From Sphyrna mokarran (taxonomy: Eukaryota), in NCBI GenBank assembly GCA_024679065.1, contig JAGIQG010000130.1, positions 1-64,000 on the forward strand: 64,000 nt of DNA, in the 5' to 3' direction. The notes under the pieces are model-generated. The model had not been told where the DNA came from, ran no database searches, and saw nothing but the letters and a program-made list of their open reading frames with translations. Below are positions 52,651 through 64,000 of the stretch, in pieces (within the stretch, counting starts at the first letter, position 1; the number at the start of each line of letters is the position of its first letter). Made by a program: the position numbers and the translations under genes.

Positions 52651-54084
52651 TAATATAGAATTTCCCACATAAATCACTGACTCAAGACAAACGCTACTGC
52701 AGACACTCACTATATGTTAATTCAGGAGGAATCGAATCTTGCTGATCTATTAACGAGATACAGTGGGAAGAATTTCATAAGTGCAGTTCAGGCCTCACTT
52801 CTGCCACCAAAAATCAGAGGAAAATCATTTCACATTTTCACATCAACGTGCTCAATCTGTCCATATCCATTGACACTGTTGATTGCAAAAACTCTCCTCC
52901 AACATTTCCCTTCTGTCAAAACCTCTCTTTGTTGGCCAGAAGAGACTTTCTGTCCTGGCATTGATCTATTTGCTATGCTATTGTAGCCAGAGAATCTCCC
53001 GCATTTGTTTCTCTTCTCAACTTGTACTGTTACTTCTGGAGTCCCCCAAGGATTCTCTTTGGCTCCCCTCCTTGTTGTCAATCCTGTGCTGTGAGATGTT
53101 CCCTAATTTTCCTTTGAAATGCCTTAGAGTAATGGCGCAAAATTTTCCCATCTTGCCCACCATGAAAATCATAGCAGGTGGGACATGCATCTTGCGATGG
53201 AATCCAGTACTTTCATTCCTCCCATAAATAACTGAGATTTTGGATTTCAGGGTTTTCTGCCTTGGTGTAAGCTCAGCTATCCAACGAAAAGCTTGCAAGA
53301 AGTCACCACACTCTAGTGCCATCTTGGATCTATCTCATAAGATATAATAGAAAACATTTAACAAAACCAAGGTGAAAATTTCAATGTTCATTTTAACTGA
53401 CTGTAGTAATTTAAATGGTGTTTGCTGGAGGGAAGAGGATGATTTGGGCAGAGTTCACTTGAAATATCAAGGGCAAGTCACAGTTTTCTTCCTCCTCAGC
53501 TGAGCTGGTGAAAGGAGAGTGTCCTGCACTGTGGCCGATGGACACCTTTACTGCAAACTTGACAAAGGTCAAACGATTTTCCTTGCTTTTTCAGGTTTTG
53601 GTAGTGACTAGACTTCCCAACCTGAGGATGTAGCTCTGAAGAAATTGGCTGTGAAAAAACAAGCACAAATTCTGGTTAATATAAATTTGATTGTATGTTG
53701 TGAGACAATAAATTTCTGGAAGATTTGCCAACATAAAAGAAATTAAACAGATGATGATCAATTGACTGAAAGAACTTTAAAGATTTCCATTGCTTTAATT
53801 AAGAATATAAAATGATTCCTGCTTTTTCTTGTATATTTGCCCATCTCAGATAAATTACTGTCAATACCTTCTGCTAAATCAAAGAAGTTCTTCCGTCCGA
53901 CTGATATTTTCTTAATGACTTTGATCGGTGTATCGTGAATGGAAGATTTGGCTGCTTTGTGATGCCTCTGTTATTTTGACCTCATTATATATGGAGGAAC
54001 CAAGAAATTCTGAGCAGTGACAATGGGATTTCAGTCCTGTTGTCCTATGGATGAACCACAGTGCCGAAACTAATGAGAAGCAGT

Positions 54085-54395
54085 CACATAGAGTCATAGA
54101 GGTTTACAGCATGGAAACAGGCCCTTCGGCTCAATTTGTCCATACCGCCTATTTTTTAAAACTCCTAAGATAATCCCAATCGTCTGCTTCTGACCTCTAT
54201 CCCTCTATACCCATCATAACTATCTAAATGTTTTTTAAAAGATAAAATGGTACAGGCCTCTACTACTGCTTCTGGCAGTTTGTTCTAGACAGTCACCATC
54301 GTCTGTGTGAAAAAATTGCCCTTCTGGACATTTTTGTATCTCCCCTCTCCCACCTTAAATCTATGTCCTCGAGTTTTAGACTCCCCTATCATTGG
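54085..54395 (-). mobile_element. Short CR1 3' end
   Basis: Tail 'catagagtcatagag' followed by the reverse complement of the CR1 3' UTR and 'FFTQ..V' region. Confidence 0.82.
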
Positions 54396-55034
54396 AAAAG
54401 AATTGATTTGGCACATCTGACTGGTCCTAAATACTGTCACTTTAATCATAAGAGACAGTCCAAGCTGCAGTGTAGACAGTGTGCTGTTGTTAGTGACATA
54501 GGTTGTCTATTGCCTGTAAGTTGGAGTATTTGTCAAATGAATGTGGAACTATCAGGTTAATCAGCTGCCAGCCAATAACAAAAATGAAGTGGAGTAGCAG
54601 CATCATTGTTACAGTTGTTGAAAGTGACCAATTTTGGAAATCGCTGTACATCAATGAAATTATGAAAAAGTTATACTTCTGAGAAATACCAGCAACTTTT
54701 CAACCTATTCAAAAGTGCATGTTAATTAGTCATGTGGATACATAATGTCCTCTGCAGAAGGGTAGACAGGACTTGCATGAAAGTAGCACAAAAAAAAAAT
54801 TGATTTTCCAGTGACCAGTAAGCCTGTGCTGGGTAGGTGGTGGAATATACAGGATGGTTGAAACATGGTTGTGTATATTTGATGTGCTGATTGAATGTGT
54901 CCAATTTTGGCAGAGGGCAGGGTTGATGTGGAGCTGGCCCCTAGCCCAGGAGACTGGTACTGGATATTATTGGCATTTGCACTGCTTGGCTGATTTCTGA
55001 TGAGTTATACTGGAAGTATCAGCTGATGATTTGT

Positions 55035-55225
55035 TGGCACACCAAGTCTGAAGGTCCTGGGTTGAAGCCCCACTCCAGAACTTGAGCATAAAAATAAAAA
55101 CTAACAGTACGGCATAATTGTGAGGGAATGCTGCATGACAGGAGGTGCCAGCTTCTGGATTAGATGTTAAACCTGGGTCCAATCTACTCTCCCAGTTGAA
55201 TGTGAAAGATCTGAAAATACTGTCT
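55035..55225 (+). mobile_element. Deu-domain SINE (SacSINE1-like) remnant
   Basis: 'gggttgaagccccactccagaacttgagca...gagggaatgctgcatgacaggaggtgcc...ggattagatgttaaacc' resembles the DeuSINE head and Deu domain. Confidence 0.6.
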
Positions 55226-55249
55226 GCACCCCATGAGATTTGCTTAATA

Positions 55250-55730
55250 CCCCACTATCACTATTAACTACCCCATTCTGAAGGTTATCACTGACCAGAA
55301 ACTGAACTCAACTAACTATATAAACACAATGATTCCAAAAACAGGTCACAGGCTAGGAATCCTGCTGTGAGTTTGACCTACTTTTGACCTCCCAAACCTC
55401 TCCATCATCTACAAGGGACAAGTCAGGAGTGTGATAGAATATTTTCCTGGATGGTCCTTATCTGGATGAGTGCATCTCCAACAATACTATCCAGGACAAA
55501 GCAGTCTGCTTCGTTGGTGCCCTTTCCACAAATATTCACACCTTCCACCACTGATAGTGGCAGCAGTGTGTACCATCTACATGGTGCACTGCAGGATCTC
55601 ACTGAGGCTCCTTAGACAGTATGTTCCAAAACTATTTACCACTTAGAAGGACAAGAGCAACAGATATTTGGGAACACGACCACCTGTACATTTCCCTCCA
55701 AGTCACTCACCATCTTGACTTGGAAAAATG
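55250..55730 (+). mobile_element. Old CR1/L2-clade LINE 3' fragment, followed by a PLE end (~55735-55855) with hammerhead core at 55817-55851
   Basis: 'ccatcatctacaagggacaagtcaggagtgtgatagaata' (IYK.QVRSV.EY); same family as 245-1400. Confidence 0.72.
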
Positions 55731-56879
55731 ACGTGGAATTGCCAGTATTGTATGGGGGTAGGCACAGTAAGAAGTCTTATAACACCAGGTTAAACTCCAA
55801 CAGATTTACTTGGTAGCATGAGCTTTCAGAATGCTACTCCTTCATCAGGTAAGTCCCACATGGCCTGAGTTATTTTCCTCTGCAGTACTTCATGGTTGTG
55901 GGGCGTGTGGGTGGGGAACATGCCAATTACACATTGATGTGACTTCTGGGAGAGACGTGTCATCTGCTCCAGCCACAGTTTTATTGTGCCATTTATTTTG
56001 GTATTAAAACAATCATTATCCAATTTATATCTCTAATCTTCTCTATTGTTGGATGATTAAATTGATAACTGCAGGTTTTTTTTTACCATTATATTTCAAT
56101 GTGTCACCCGGAGCTCAGGACTATAAGAGAGCCTAGCAAAGGAAATTTCGTTTATAATTGCAGAGATGTTTGATGAAAACATTGATTTTTGGTTGTAACT
56201 TAGCTCATAAAGCTTGAAGATGTTATAATCTATTTGAACTACTTCAAAGAGCAGGTCTTGCAGTGCAATGATAACATCCCTACCTCAGTCATTACCTTAG
56301 AATCAAATCTGATGCCAAGATCCATTGGCCATGGAGGAAATGTCCTTTGGCGTGATTCAATGGGCCAATATAACCGCTGGGCAATCCTAACACCATCACC
56401 CAAAGGAGAAAAGTGCACGTGTGTGCTGCTTCTGCTTAAATAGAAAATGTTCACAATTATTAAGGAAAAGAATCTAAATTTAGAAGTATAACTTTGACAT
56501 GACCAGCCATGTGAAAACCTACTTAAACGCTGAAAAAAAATCATCTTTCTTACTGAAGATGTTGAGTCACAATAGACAAGCACACAAGAATGAATTGAGG
56601 TTATAGCTTCACCTTGTGGCCAAAGTCTCAACAACATTGCAGTTACCTATAAAGTTGCAACTTGGCAAGGAAGTCGAAAATACTGACGGTATTAAGCAGT
56701 TTAAGTATATCACACAGTTTTGACAGTTGAAGCCTGTGGGAACACTCACACAGCAGCCTCGGGAACCCTCGTACCAGGTAGAGAAAATAACATTCTTTTA
56801 TGTCTGTCAACTCAGAGGAATGCAGTAAGAAGCTTTACAACACCAGGTTAAAGTCCAACAGGTTATTTGGTAGTAAAAC

Positions 56880-56915
56880 CCAGTAGCTTTCAGAGTGCTG
56901 CTCTTCGTCAGGTGG
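56880..56915 (-). ncRNA. Minimal type I hammerhead ribozyme motif in a PLE pseudo-LTR
   Basis: Minus strand CCAC-CUGACGA-AGAG-cagca-CUCU-GAAA-GC-UA-CUGG: intact CUGANGA/GAAA core, 4-bp stem II, partial stem I. Minimal HHRs are an established feature of PLEs. Confidence 0.7.
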
Positions 56916-57185
56916 TGGGAGGAGTACTGTTCATAAACAGGGCATATAAAGACACAAACTCAATTTACAAAGTAATGATTGGAACGTGAGTCTTTCCACG
57001 TAATCAAGTTTTAAAGATACAGACAATGTAAATGGAGAGAGAGTTAAGCACCGGTTAAAGAGATCTGTATTGTCTCCAGCCAGGACAGTTAATGAGATTT
57101 TGCAACCCAGGCAAGTCATGTGTGTTACAGATAGTGTGACATGAACTCAAGACCCCGGTTGAGGCTGTCCTCATGTGTGCAGAGC

Positions 57186-58578
57186 ATAAGAACATAAGAA
57201 ATAGAAGGAGGAGTAGGCCATCCAGCCCCTCGAGCCTGCCCCGCCATTCAATAAGATCATGGCTGATCTGTAGCTGTTCAGTACCACTTTCCCGCTTTCT
57301 CCCCGTAACCCTTAATTCCCTTGTCAATCAAAAACCTATCCACTCTTGACTTGAACATGTTCAGCGAGGAAACCTCCACCACCTCATCAGGCAGAGAATT
57401 ACAAGGATTCACCACCCTTTGCGTGAAGAAATTCCTCGGCAATTCTGATCTGAACCTGCGCCCCCTCCCGACTAATCTTGAGGCTGCGCCCTCTAGTCTT
57501 AATATCTTTGCTAAGCGGGAAGAGTCTCTCAACCTCTATCCTATCCATCCCTTTCATTATCTTATACATTTCTATAAGATTCCCTCTCAGCCTTTTAAAC
57601 TCCAAAGAGTACAAACCCAGCCCATTCAGTCTCTCCTCATAATCCAACGCCCTCATCTCCGGTATCAGCTTAGTAAACCTTCTCTGCATGCCTTCCAAAG
57701 CCAATATATCCTTCCTCGAATGCGGTGACCAAAACTGCACACAGTACTCCAGCTGTGGCCTCACCAGTACCCTATACAGCTGCAAGAGTACCTCCCTACT
57801 TTTATATTCTAGTCCCCTAGTTATAAAGGCCAACACTGCATTCGCCTTCTTAATCACCTGCTGCACCTGCAGACTGTGTTTTTGCGATTCGTGCACAAGG
57901 ACCATTCGGTCCCTCTGCACCGGCGCATGCTGCAGCTTTTCGCCATTTAAATAATAATCCTTTCTACAATTATTCCTGCCAAAGTGTGTAACCTCACACT
58001 TGCTAACATTATACTCCATCTGCCAGATTCTTGCCCACTCACTCAACCAATCCAGATCCCTGTGCAGGCTTCCCAGATCCTCCATGCAATTTGCTTTTCC
58101 ATTCATCTTCGTGTCATCAGCAAATTTTGTTACCCTGCACTCAGCCCCTTCCTCCAGATCATCTATGTAAATGGTAAATAGTTGAGGCCCCAGCACCGAA
58201 TCCTGAAGCACTCCACTAGTCACCAGCTGCCAATCAGAACAGCACCCATTAATACTTACCCTCTGCTTCCTATTGGACAACTAATCCTCTATCCAGTCTA
58301 ACACCCTATCCCCGACTCCCTGCACCTTAACCTTCTGCAGCAATCTTTTGTGAGGCACCTTATCAAATGCCTTTTGGGAATCCAAAAACACCACATCCAC
58401 CGGTTCCCCTCTTTCTTTCGCACTAGTCACTTCCTCATAGAACTCCAATGAATTCATCAAGTACGACTTCCCTTTAACGAATCCGTGCTGCGTCTGCTTC
58501 ATCAAACAGTTCGTATCCAGGTGCCTTGTTATTTCTGCTTTGATGACAGATTCAACCATTTTTCCTACGACAGACTAA
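57186..58578 (-). mobile_element. Young 5'-truncated CR1 LINE (RT domain), nested in the PLE
   Basis: ORFs 58281-58559 and 57399-58280 (293 aa) are in one frame separated by a single stop: QHGFVKGKS..., DSQKAFDKVPH, SGVLQDSVLGPQLFTIYIDDL, KFADDTK, LVRPQLEYCVQFWSP; tail (cataagaa)2. Confidence 0.97.
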
Positions 58579-59102
58579 AGAACTTGGCTATCCGTTTCTG
58601 CTCAGCGATTCTGCGTTGTCATGCCCTAAAGGCTGCCTTGGAGAACACTGACCTGAAGATCAGAGGCCAAATGCCCATGTTAATCTGGTGTTGTGAGACT
58701 TCTTACTGTGTTTACTCCAGTCCAATACCGGCACCTCCACATCACAGCTCAGAGAACGTCAGTGTTTTCAACATTTTCTGTTTTCAATTTTATATTTCAG
58801 CATCTGCAGCAGTTCACATTTGTCCTGATAATGCGAGGTGATTCTATCGTTTCTTCAGAGGTACGTGCATATAATTTTGAGAACCTTTAAATGTTTTCAA
58901 ATTTAGGGCAAAATGCCTAATGGCATTATTGTTGAAACAATAAAGTATTCACTCATTACGATGGACATCTTTAAGATTTTCACTTGCAACCCAGTTGATT
59001 GTTGAAAATCATAACAGTAATTAGGGATCAGGAATTTGCTTCTGCTGGAAACAACATGAAGCTAGTCAAGTTTCTGAACCCACTGTCATGTACGACTGGA
59101 AC

Positions 59103-59276
59103 TCAGTAAGAATTTAGCAACACCAATTTTAAATCCGACCGATTTATTTGATAGTAAATTTGCGAGTTTTCGACACTGTGTCTTTGTCAGGCAAAATGGT
59201 TGGATTTAAAATTGGTGTTGCTAAATTCTTACTGAATTCTTACTACCCCAGTCCAACGCCGGCATCTCTACATCAT
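59103..59276. mobile_element. Divergent PLE remnant: perfect 34-bp inverted repeat enclosing a hammerhead-like motif
   Basis: 59103-59136 is the exact reverse complement of 59202-59235; the loop on the minus strand reads UUUGC-CUGACAA-A-GACA-cag-UGUC-GAAA-AC-UC-GCAAA; PLE tail 'accccagtccaacgccggcatctctacatcat' follows. Confidence 0.8.
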
Positions 59277-59544
59277 GAATGACTGGAGGCAGGGTCTCTG
59301 GTGAACAATCAGATTGGGAACAATTCTGATGAAAGCTCATCACGCTGGGACATTAACATCGCTTCTCTATCCACAGATGCTGTCTGACTTACTGAGCGTT
59401 TTCACCATTTTCTGTTTTCGTTTCACACAATTATCAGAGTGTCCGTCGTGGCCACACTGACTCCAATTGTATATTTTATTTACAAACAAAATTCAATTGT
59501 TATCTTACCCATTTCTCTCCTTATTTATTACTTTCTGAACTAAT

Positions 59545-60663
59545 GGGTGGAATTTTACGACCTCGCGCGCCTGTTTTTGCGGCGGGGAAATGTCGTAAAA
59601 TCGGGCGTAAAGCGGCGAGCCGGAGCGACGCCGCTTTTGGCGCTCGTGACGATTTGACGACACTCGGATTTCCACGCGGTCAGCCGTTGGGCGGTAAGAT
59701 GCTGCTTTAAATTTATTTAAAAAATTTTTGCCATGTGTTCAGCGAGCCCAGCACTCAATCGTCCGGGCTTGCTTTGCTTTTATCCTCTCACCAGGAGATG
59801 TTCTGTCTGGTGAGGAAAACACCTGCTCCCCATGAAAGTCATGTTGGCCTCGTCGGTGGAACCAGCCGTTGGACAGCGTCAAGATGGGGCCGGGCTTACT
59901 GCGAGGGGCGGGGCTTACTGCGAGGGGCGGGGCTTACCGCGAGGGGCGGGGCTTATTTGGCGGGGCGTGATTTACTTAGATGGGGCGTGGCTAACTGGAA
60001 GTGGGGCGGGATTACTGATAAGGGGCGGGGCTTACTGGGAGTGGGGCTTCGTGGGAGAGGGCGCAGAGCCTATGTAGGGGGAGATCAGTGGGCGTGGGGT
60101 ATCGCATTGGTGTTGTTTCGGGTGTCTGACTGCCAGTCTGCAGTCAGCATCTCGGGCAGAGGGAGGGAAATGGGCTGACAGGGGTTCACCATTGAGTTGG
60201 GAAGTGCTGGGTTGGAAGGGGAGTTGGGTCTTTGGTGGGGGAGGGGGTGAGCACTGCCTGGGTGGGAGGTCAGGGAAATGGGGTGGGATGGAGGGAGGAA
60301 GGGTCCGGGCAGGATCAGAGACGTCTGGAAGGCCAGCGATCAGGAGGGATTTGGGGGGAAGGGGGTGTCGAAGGGGCAGCAATGCGGGGTTCCTGTGCTG
60401 GCCGGTGATAGGGAGACTGGCAGTGCCGGGCTCCTGTGCGTGTCTGTGACAGATTGGCGCTGCTGCAGTGCTGCACTCAGTGCTTTGCTGCCAGCCGCTG
60501 CAATGGGGGGAACATGCCCCATCCACACATTTTCAGTGTGGATCTCCCTCAGACACTGTGAGTGTAGGAGATTCATTATGAAAATCCCACTGAAAAAGAA
60601 AGTGGGAATTACTTCTGTTTTTACACAAATTTGGCACTTTGAATTTTGGGGGGGAATCCTGGC
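59545..60663. mobile_element. GC/CpG-rich non-autonomous DNA element (MITE-like)
   Basis: Begins 'gggtggaattttacg'; the reverse complement of its right end ('gccaggattcccccccaaaattcaaagtgccaaatttg') resembles 47740 'gccgtgattctcccaaaagtgctgaattgg'; many retained CpGs. Confidence 0.6.
59886..60049 (+). repeat. GC-box minisatellite, ~19-bp unit ggggcggggcttactgcga, about 9 degenerate copies
   Basis: Directly visible tandem units, several with a GGGGCGGGGC (Sp/KLF-type) box. Confidence 0.9.
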
Positions 60664-60680
60664 ATGGTGACTCTTTATAT

Positions 60681-60820
60681 TGTTTTAAATGAAGATGTCA
60701 AGCCCCATCTCTAAACACTCCTTTATTTGTCATCAGGAACAACTCAAACACAACATCATTAGACCAACTGTTTCCGGTTCCGCCCCAAGCCTTCCCTAGA
60801 GTTAGCCCAGGTTCGCTACA
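60681..60820 (-). mobile_element. Candidate short (140-bp) 3' LTR with upstream polypurine tract
   Basis: Minus strand: purine-rich 'gagggagtgaagggtgagaggaag', then TGTAGCG...AATAAA...AAAACA. No partner LTR or TSD seen. Confidence 0.45.
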
Positions 60821-61409
60821 CTTCCTCTCACCCTTCACTCCCTCCATTAACTCCATTCATGTTGCGAGCTCAATCCAGCTCCTTCATGACTTCCCTTAAG
60901 CAGGCCTGTAAAATGAATGTATCAGCAGGAGAAATTGTGGTTCAGTGGATGCAGTATCAACTGGGTTGCTGAGTTATGATGTGAAGATATTATCAGATAG
61001 GGCTTGAAAGTTTTAACTGTGCAAATCCCCATTGAATTCTCACTGGGAAGAGCCAAAACCTTGTATTTAGCTGGAATTGTCAAATATCAAATTTCATCCT
61101 CTTGTGTCCACACAGCCATTTGAAGCTGCTTCTTTCTACTGACCTCTTCATTTACTCAGATGTAAGAGGTTGGTGAAGTGTCAGTCTAACTTGCATTTAG
61201 CAACCACACATGTCTGTGCACAGAGCCATTGATCATTGAAAATGAAGAATATTCTAAAAATACCAAGCAGACGGAATCAAAGTGAGCTATTTATCCAATT
61301 TATTTTTCAGGTCTGTTGTAGAAAGTAGCAATATTTGACAGAATAGTAGCCCAATACAATTTACTGATAACAGAAATTATAACCTGTGGTAAAATGTTGT
61401 TAAAAATAA

Positions 61410-61727
61410 GAATCATCGAATCCCTATAGTACAGAAGGAGGCTATTTAGTCATCAAGTCTGCTCTGATCCCCACCCAGACCTTATTCCTGTAACCCCACA
61501 TATTTACCCTGCTAATCTCTGACAATAGGGTCAATTTACCATGGTCTACCAACCTAACCCGCACATTTTTGGACTGTGGGAGGAAACCGGAGCACCCGGA
61601 GGAAGTCCACACAGATACGGGTAGAATGTGAAAACTCCACACAGACAGTGACACGAGGCTGGAATTGAACCCAGGTCGCTGGCACTGTGAAACCGCAGTG
61701 CTAACCACTGTGCCATCGTGCTGCCCA
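61410..61727 (-). mobile_element. Full-length HE1/V-SINE-like SINE
   Basis: Minus strand 'gggcagcacgatggcacagtggttagcactgcg...gacctgggttcaattcc' (A and B boxes), V-domain core and 'ggattcgatgattct' tail. Confidence 0.92.
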
Positions 61728-61729
61728 TG

Positions 61730-64000
61730 ACAGATAGATGTTGCACTCCTTTCCGTCCTTACTCAAGAATGGCCCTAGGAAGAGCTGTCTTTGGTTGCAT
61801 CTTTCAACAAAGTTGTTCTTAATAAGGTGCATTCTTTGATCGCTCTCCAGCTGGCTCAGGACACCTCACCTTGAGATTATTTCTTCTGCTAGAATCTTGG
61901 CTCCTGTGGTAGTGGAACAGTTTCTGGTGAATAGACTTCTATCCAGTGAATGACCTGGCATATCGAGACCAAACAAAACTGCTTCCCTCTGGCATTCCAC
62001 CGGGGAATGATAAAGTCTATCTGGATCTTTTGTGTCTGGCTGAATGTTTCATTTTTATCTTATAGGCCTCCCCTGGATTGGTCTGGACATCGGGGATGCA
62101 ATCCTGGCAAAATGTAGCCATGTGACATCCCATTTCCTTTTAATACCAGACTCTTGTCCCTTCCAGTATGGCTATTTCCATGACACACCTCATAGAGAAT
62201 CCTGAGGATGCGCAGTGGAGCCATAATTTTGTCATTCTCTTTTCACATTCCATCTTTCCCTTTTATAGCTCCCTGCTTCTCCTGCTCCTGCCTTTCAGCA
62301 TCCTCTACACTTCCTTGCAGTTGCCTAAAAAGCCATTCAGTAATCTGTTCCTCTTTGTCGGTGGGTGCTAGCCGTAACTCAGGCTCCTCACTTTAAGGAG
62401 AGCTTTAGCAGCTGCATTCACCCATGTATTTCCTGTTGTTCAAGGATTACAATTTTCCTATGAGCTTTAATTTTGATCAGTGCCGCTTCCTCAGACTCTT
62501 GGCAGTTTCCACCAGCTTCTTGATGAGATTCCCATGCTATATATGTTTTCTCCGAAAGAGTTGACATATCCTTGCTTTGCCCTTGCCTGCTCTAATCATG
62601 TATTACCCCAAAGGAATAATGACTGTCTACATAGATGTTCACTCGTTAGTTCTTCGATAGGAAGAGTGCCTCCTTGAAGGCCTTCAATTCAATCAATTGG
62701 ACTGATTGACTGTTGTCCAATCTATCTCCCTTAGTGAGGGTGCCTTCCTGGTTAACCACGGCCCCCACTGTCCTGTGGATCCATCAAAGTACCTTCCGCA
62801 ACTATCCGCATAGACGGTTACATTTGGGCTTTCTATGGGCTCCTCTTTTATACCACCCTTCCCTTCTTGCTCCAGCAGATGTTCGCACTCGTGCACATCA
62901 TCTTCCATGGGAATGAGGCCGGCCAGTTTCAGGTTGGAATCTCACAACACCTGGGCATACTTGTCAGCTGGTAGTAGGGCTGCCTCCCACTTAGTCAGCC
63001 TGGCATCAGTAACACTCTTCAGACTTCCTGCCTCCAGAAGCTAAACAATACCATGGGATGAGTGAAGGACAATCTGTCCCATTTGGATTATAGCTCACAG
63101 TAAACCGCCTTTCACTAAGTTCTGAACTATCCATTTCAGCATTTCCAGCACTTCCCTTTGGATAAGATATTGCCCGTGTGGGGAACGTACGTCCTCCAGG
63201 ATTTCAACTGGGGTGACAGATATGTCGGTAAGTCCCCTTCATGTGTGGATCATATGTTGCATTGCAAAAGGATCAATTTCTCTCTTTCTGAGTGTCGTTG
63301 TAGCCGCTCCAATGCCTCGTCCTTTCCTATATGTATCTGTGTTCTCTATGTTCCACCAGATGTCTCCTGTGGTAATATTAATAATTACCTCTAATTGTTC
63401 CAAAATGAAACCCAAAGCTGTACAATTACTTCATTTCCCCCCATCACTTACGCAACAGGTTAGCGAAATATTTTCGAGCTTCCTCATCTCCCTATAATCT
63501 ACAAGTTTTGGGCTGTAAGGAGTTGGTCCATAGAAATGATAGATATGGATGCCCAAGTTTCAATAAAAACTGACACTGCCAGCCTCTTAACAGTGCTGTC
63601 ATAAACATTCCTGAGGGCTACTACCCATCATTGTTCAAGACGTTTCTTGAGCTCAGAGGCTATGATCTTAACTATACTCTCTCCATCTGCCTTGGTGTTT
63701 TGTTGGACTTGGGGCTTTAAATGCGTTGTTCTTCTACTATTTGGGTCCCTGACCTTTCTTTCCTCTCCCCTTCACCTAGCAATGATTTCTGACGTATTTC
63801 AATTTTCTACGGTTACCACAATGGGTCTTTGGGTTTGGTACCACAGTCAGTCTGGTTACATTCCAGAGCCAAGTGTAACCTCCTGGCCACAGTTATAAGA
63901 TATAACTACTGCTACATCAGCAGCATCTTCTATAGCAGCTATGGGTTTCTTAGTTCTCTGCTGCCGCTTCTGCTGAAATTCTGCTGACATAGCCCCATTC
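61730..64000 (-). mobile_element. Decayed class I (gamma/epsilon-like) endogenous retrovirus: gag end, protease, RT start, tether, RNase H, integrase N-half; runs off the window
   Basis: Minus-strand remnants: SYNCGQE/HLALEC (CCHC knuckle ~63860-63910), FIETWASISI (DTGA-like ~63540-63575), PVEILEDVRSPHGQYLIQREVLEMLKWIVQNLVKGG (RT N-term), GQIVLHSSHG...VTDARLTKWEAALLP...HEC (tether), TVYADS...SVQLIELKAFKEAL...VNIYVDSHYSFGVIH...IKIKAH (RNase H), CHGNSHTG..CQDC, KIQIDFI, KILAEEIISR*GVLSQLESDQ (integrase). Many stops and frameshifts. Confidence 0.9.

Larger units (their letters stand above)
56820..58745 (-). mobile_element. Penelope-like element 3' end (endonuclease C-terminus and pseudo-LTRs) split by a CR1 insertion
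   Basis: Joining 58579-58680 to 57130-57181 on the minus strand gives HGHLASDLQVSVLQGSL...RRIAEQKRIAKF/THEDSLNRGLEFMSHY, like the PLE GIY-YIG C-terminus; inverted PLE end at 58680-58745. Confidence 0.85.

Noticed and set aside
53860-54070. Possible exons on the minus strand (also ~53540-53650 and ~12075-12137)
   Set aside because: Splice-like signals exist, but frames contain stops or give no recognisable product, and no consistent gene model could be built.
56239-56637. Exon-like minus-strand segment with AG/GT borders (~56300-56437)
   Set aside because: Two frames are open with no recognisable motif, and the + strand resembles the decayed SINE-like sequence at ~39700-39830.
59735-60670. 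Several 80-160-aa Gly/Arg/Pro-rich ORFs
   Set aside because: By-products of the GC-rich minisatellite and MITE sequence.

Overview
Vertebrate DNA, almost certainly from a cartilaginous fish (shark), judged from its repeat families: CR1-clade LINEs, HE1/V-type tRNA SINEs, a Deu-domain SINE, Rex1/Babar tails and Penelope-like elements (PLEs). I found no intact host protein-coding gene; most ORF-track entries are repeat-derived. Positions 1-42.7 kb are a mosaic of diverged segmental duplications: block A in 3 copies (~1-8170, ~12268-20080, ~22660-30520), and blocks B and C in 2 copies each. A second pair, block D, lies at ~43915-46520 and ~49355-52650. Copy-specific insertions include CR1s, a 788-bp solo LTR with a 4-bp TSD and a 66-bp PLE fragment with a 14-bp TSD. 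Also present are a decayed Harbinger-type Myb/SANT exon, a perfect 227-bp inverted repeat, PLE ends carrying hammerhead-ribozyme cores, and an internally deleted class I endogenous retrovirus at the right edge. The most intriguing but unproven signal is a set of plus-strand pre-miRNA-like hairpins in the non-repeat parts of the duplicated blocks. One is hypervariable between paralogs yet keeps pairing. This would fit a rapidly evolving, duplication-amplified small-RNA cluster. All alignments and folds were done by eye, and repeat boundaries are approximate unless a TSD is given.
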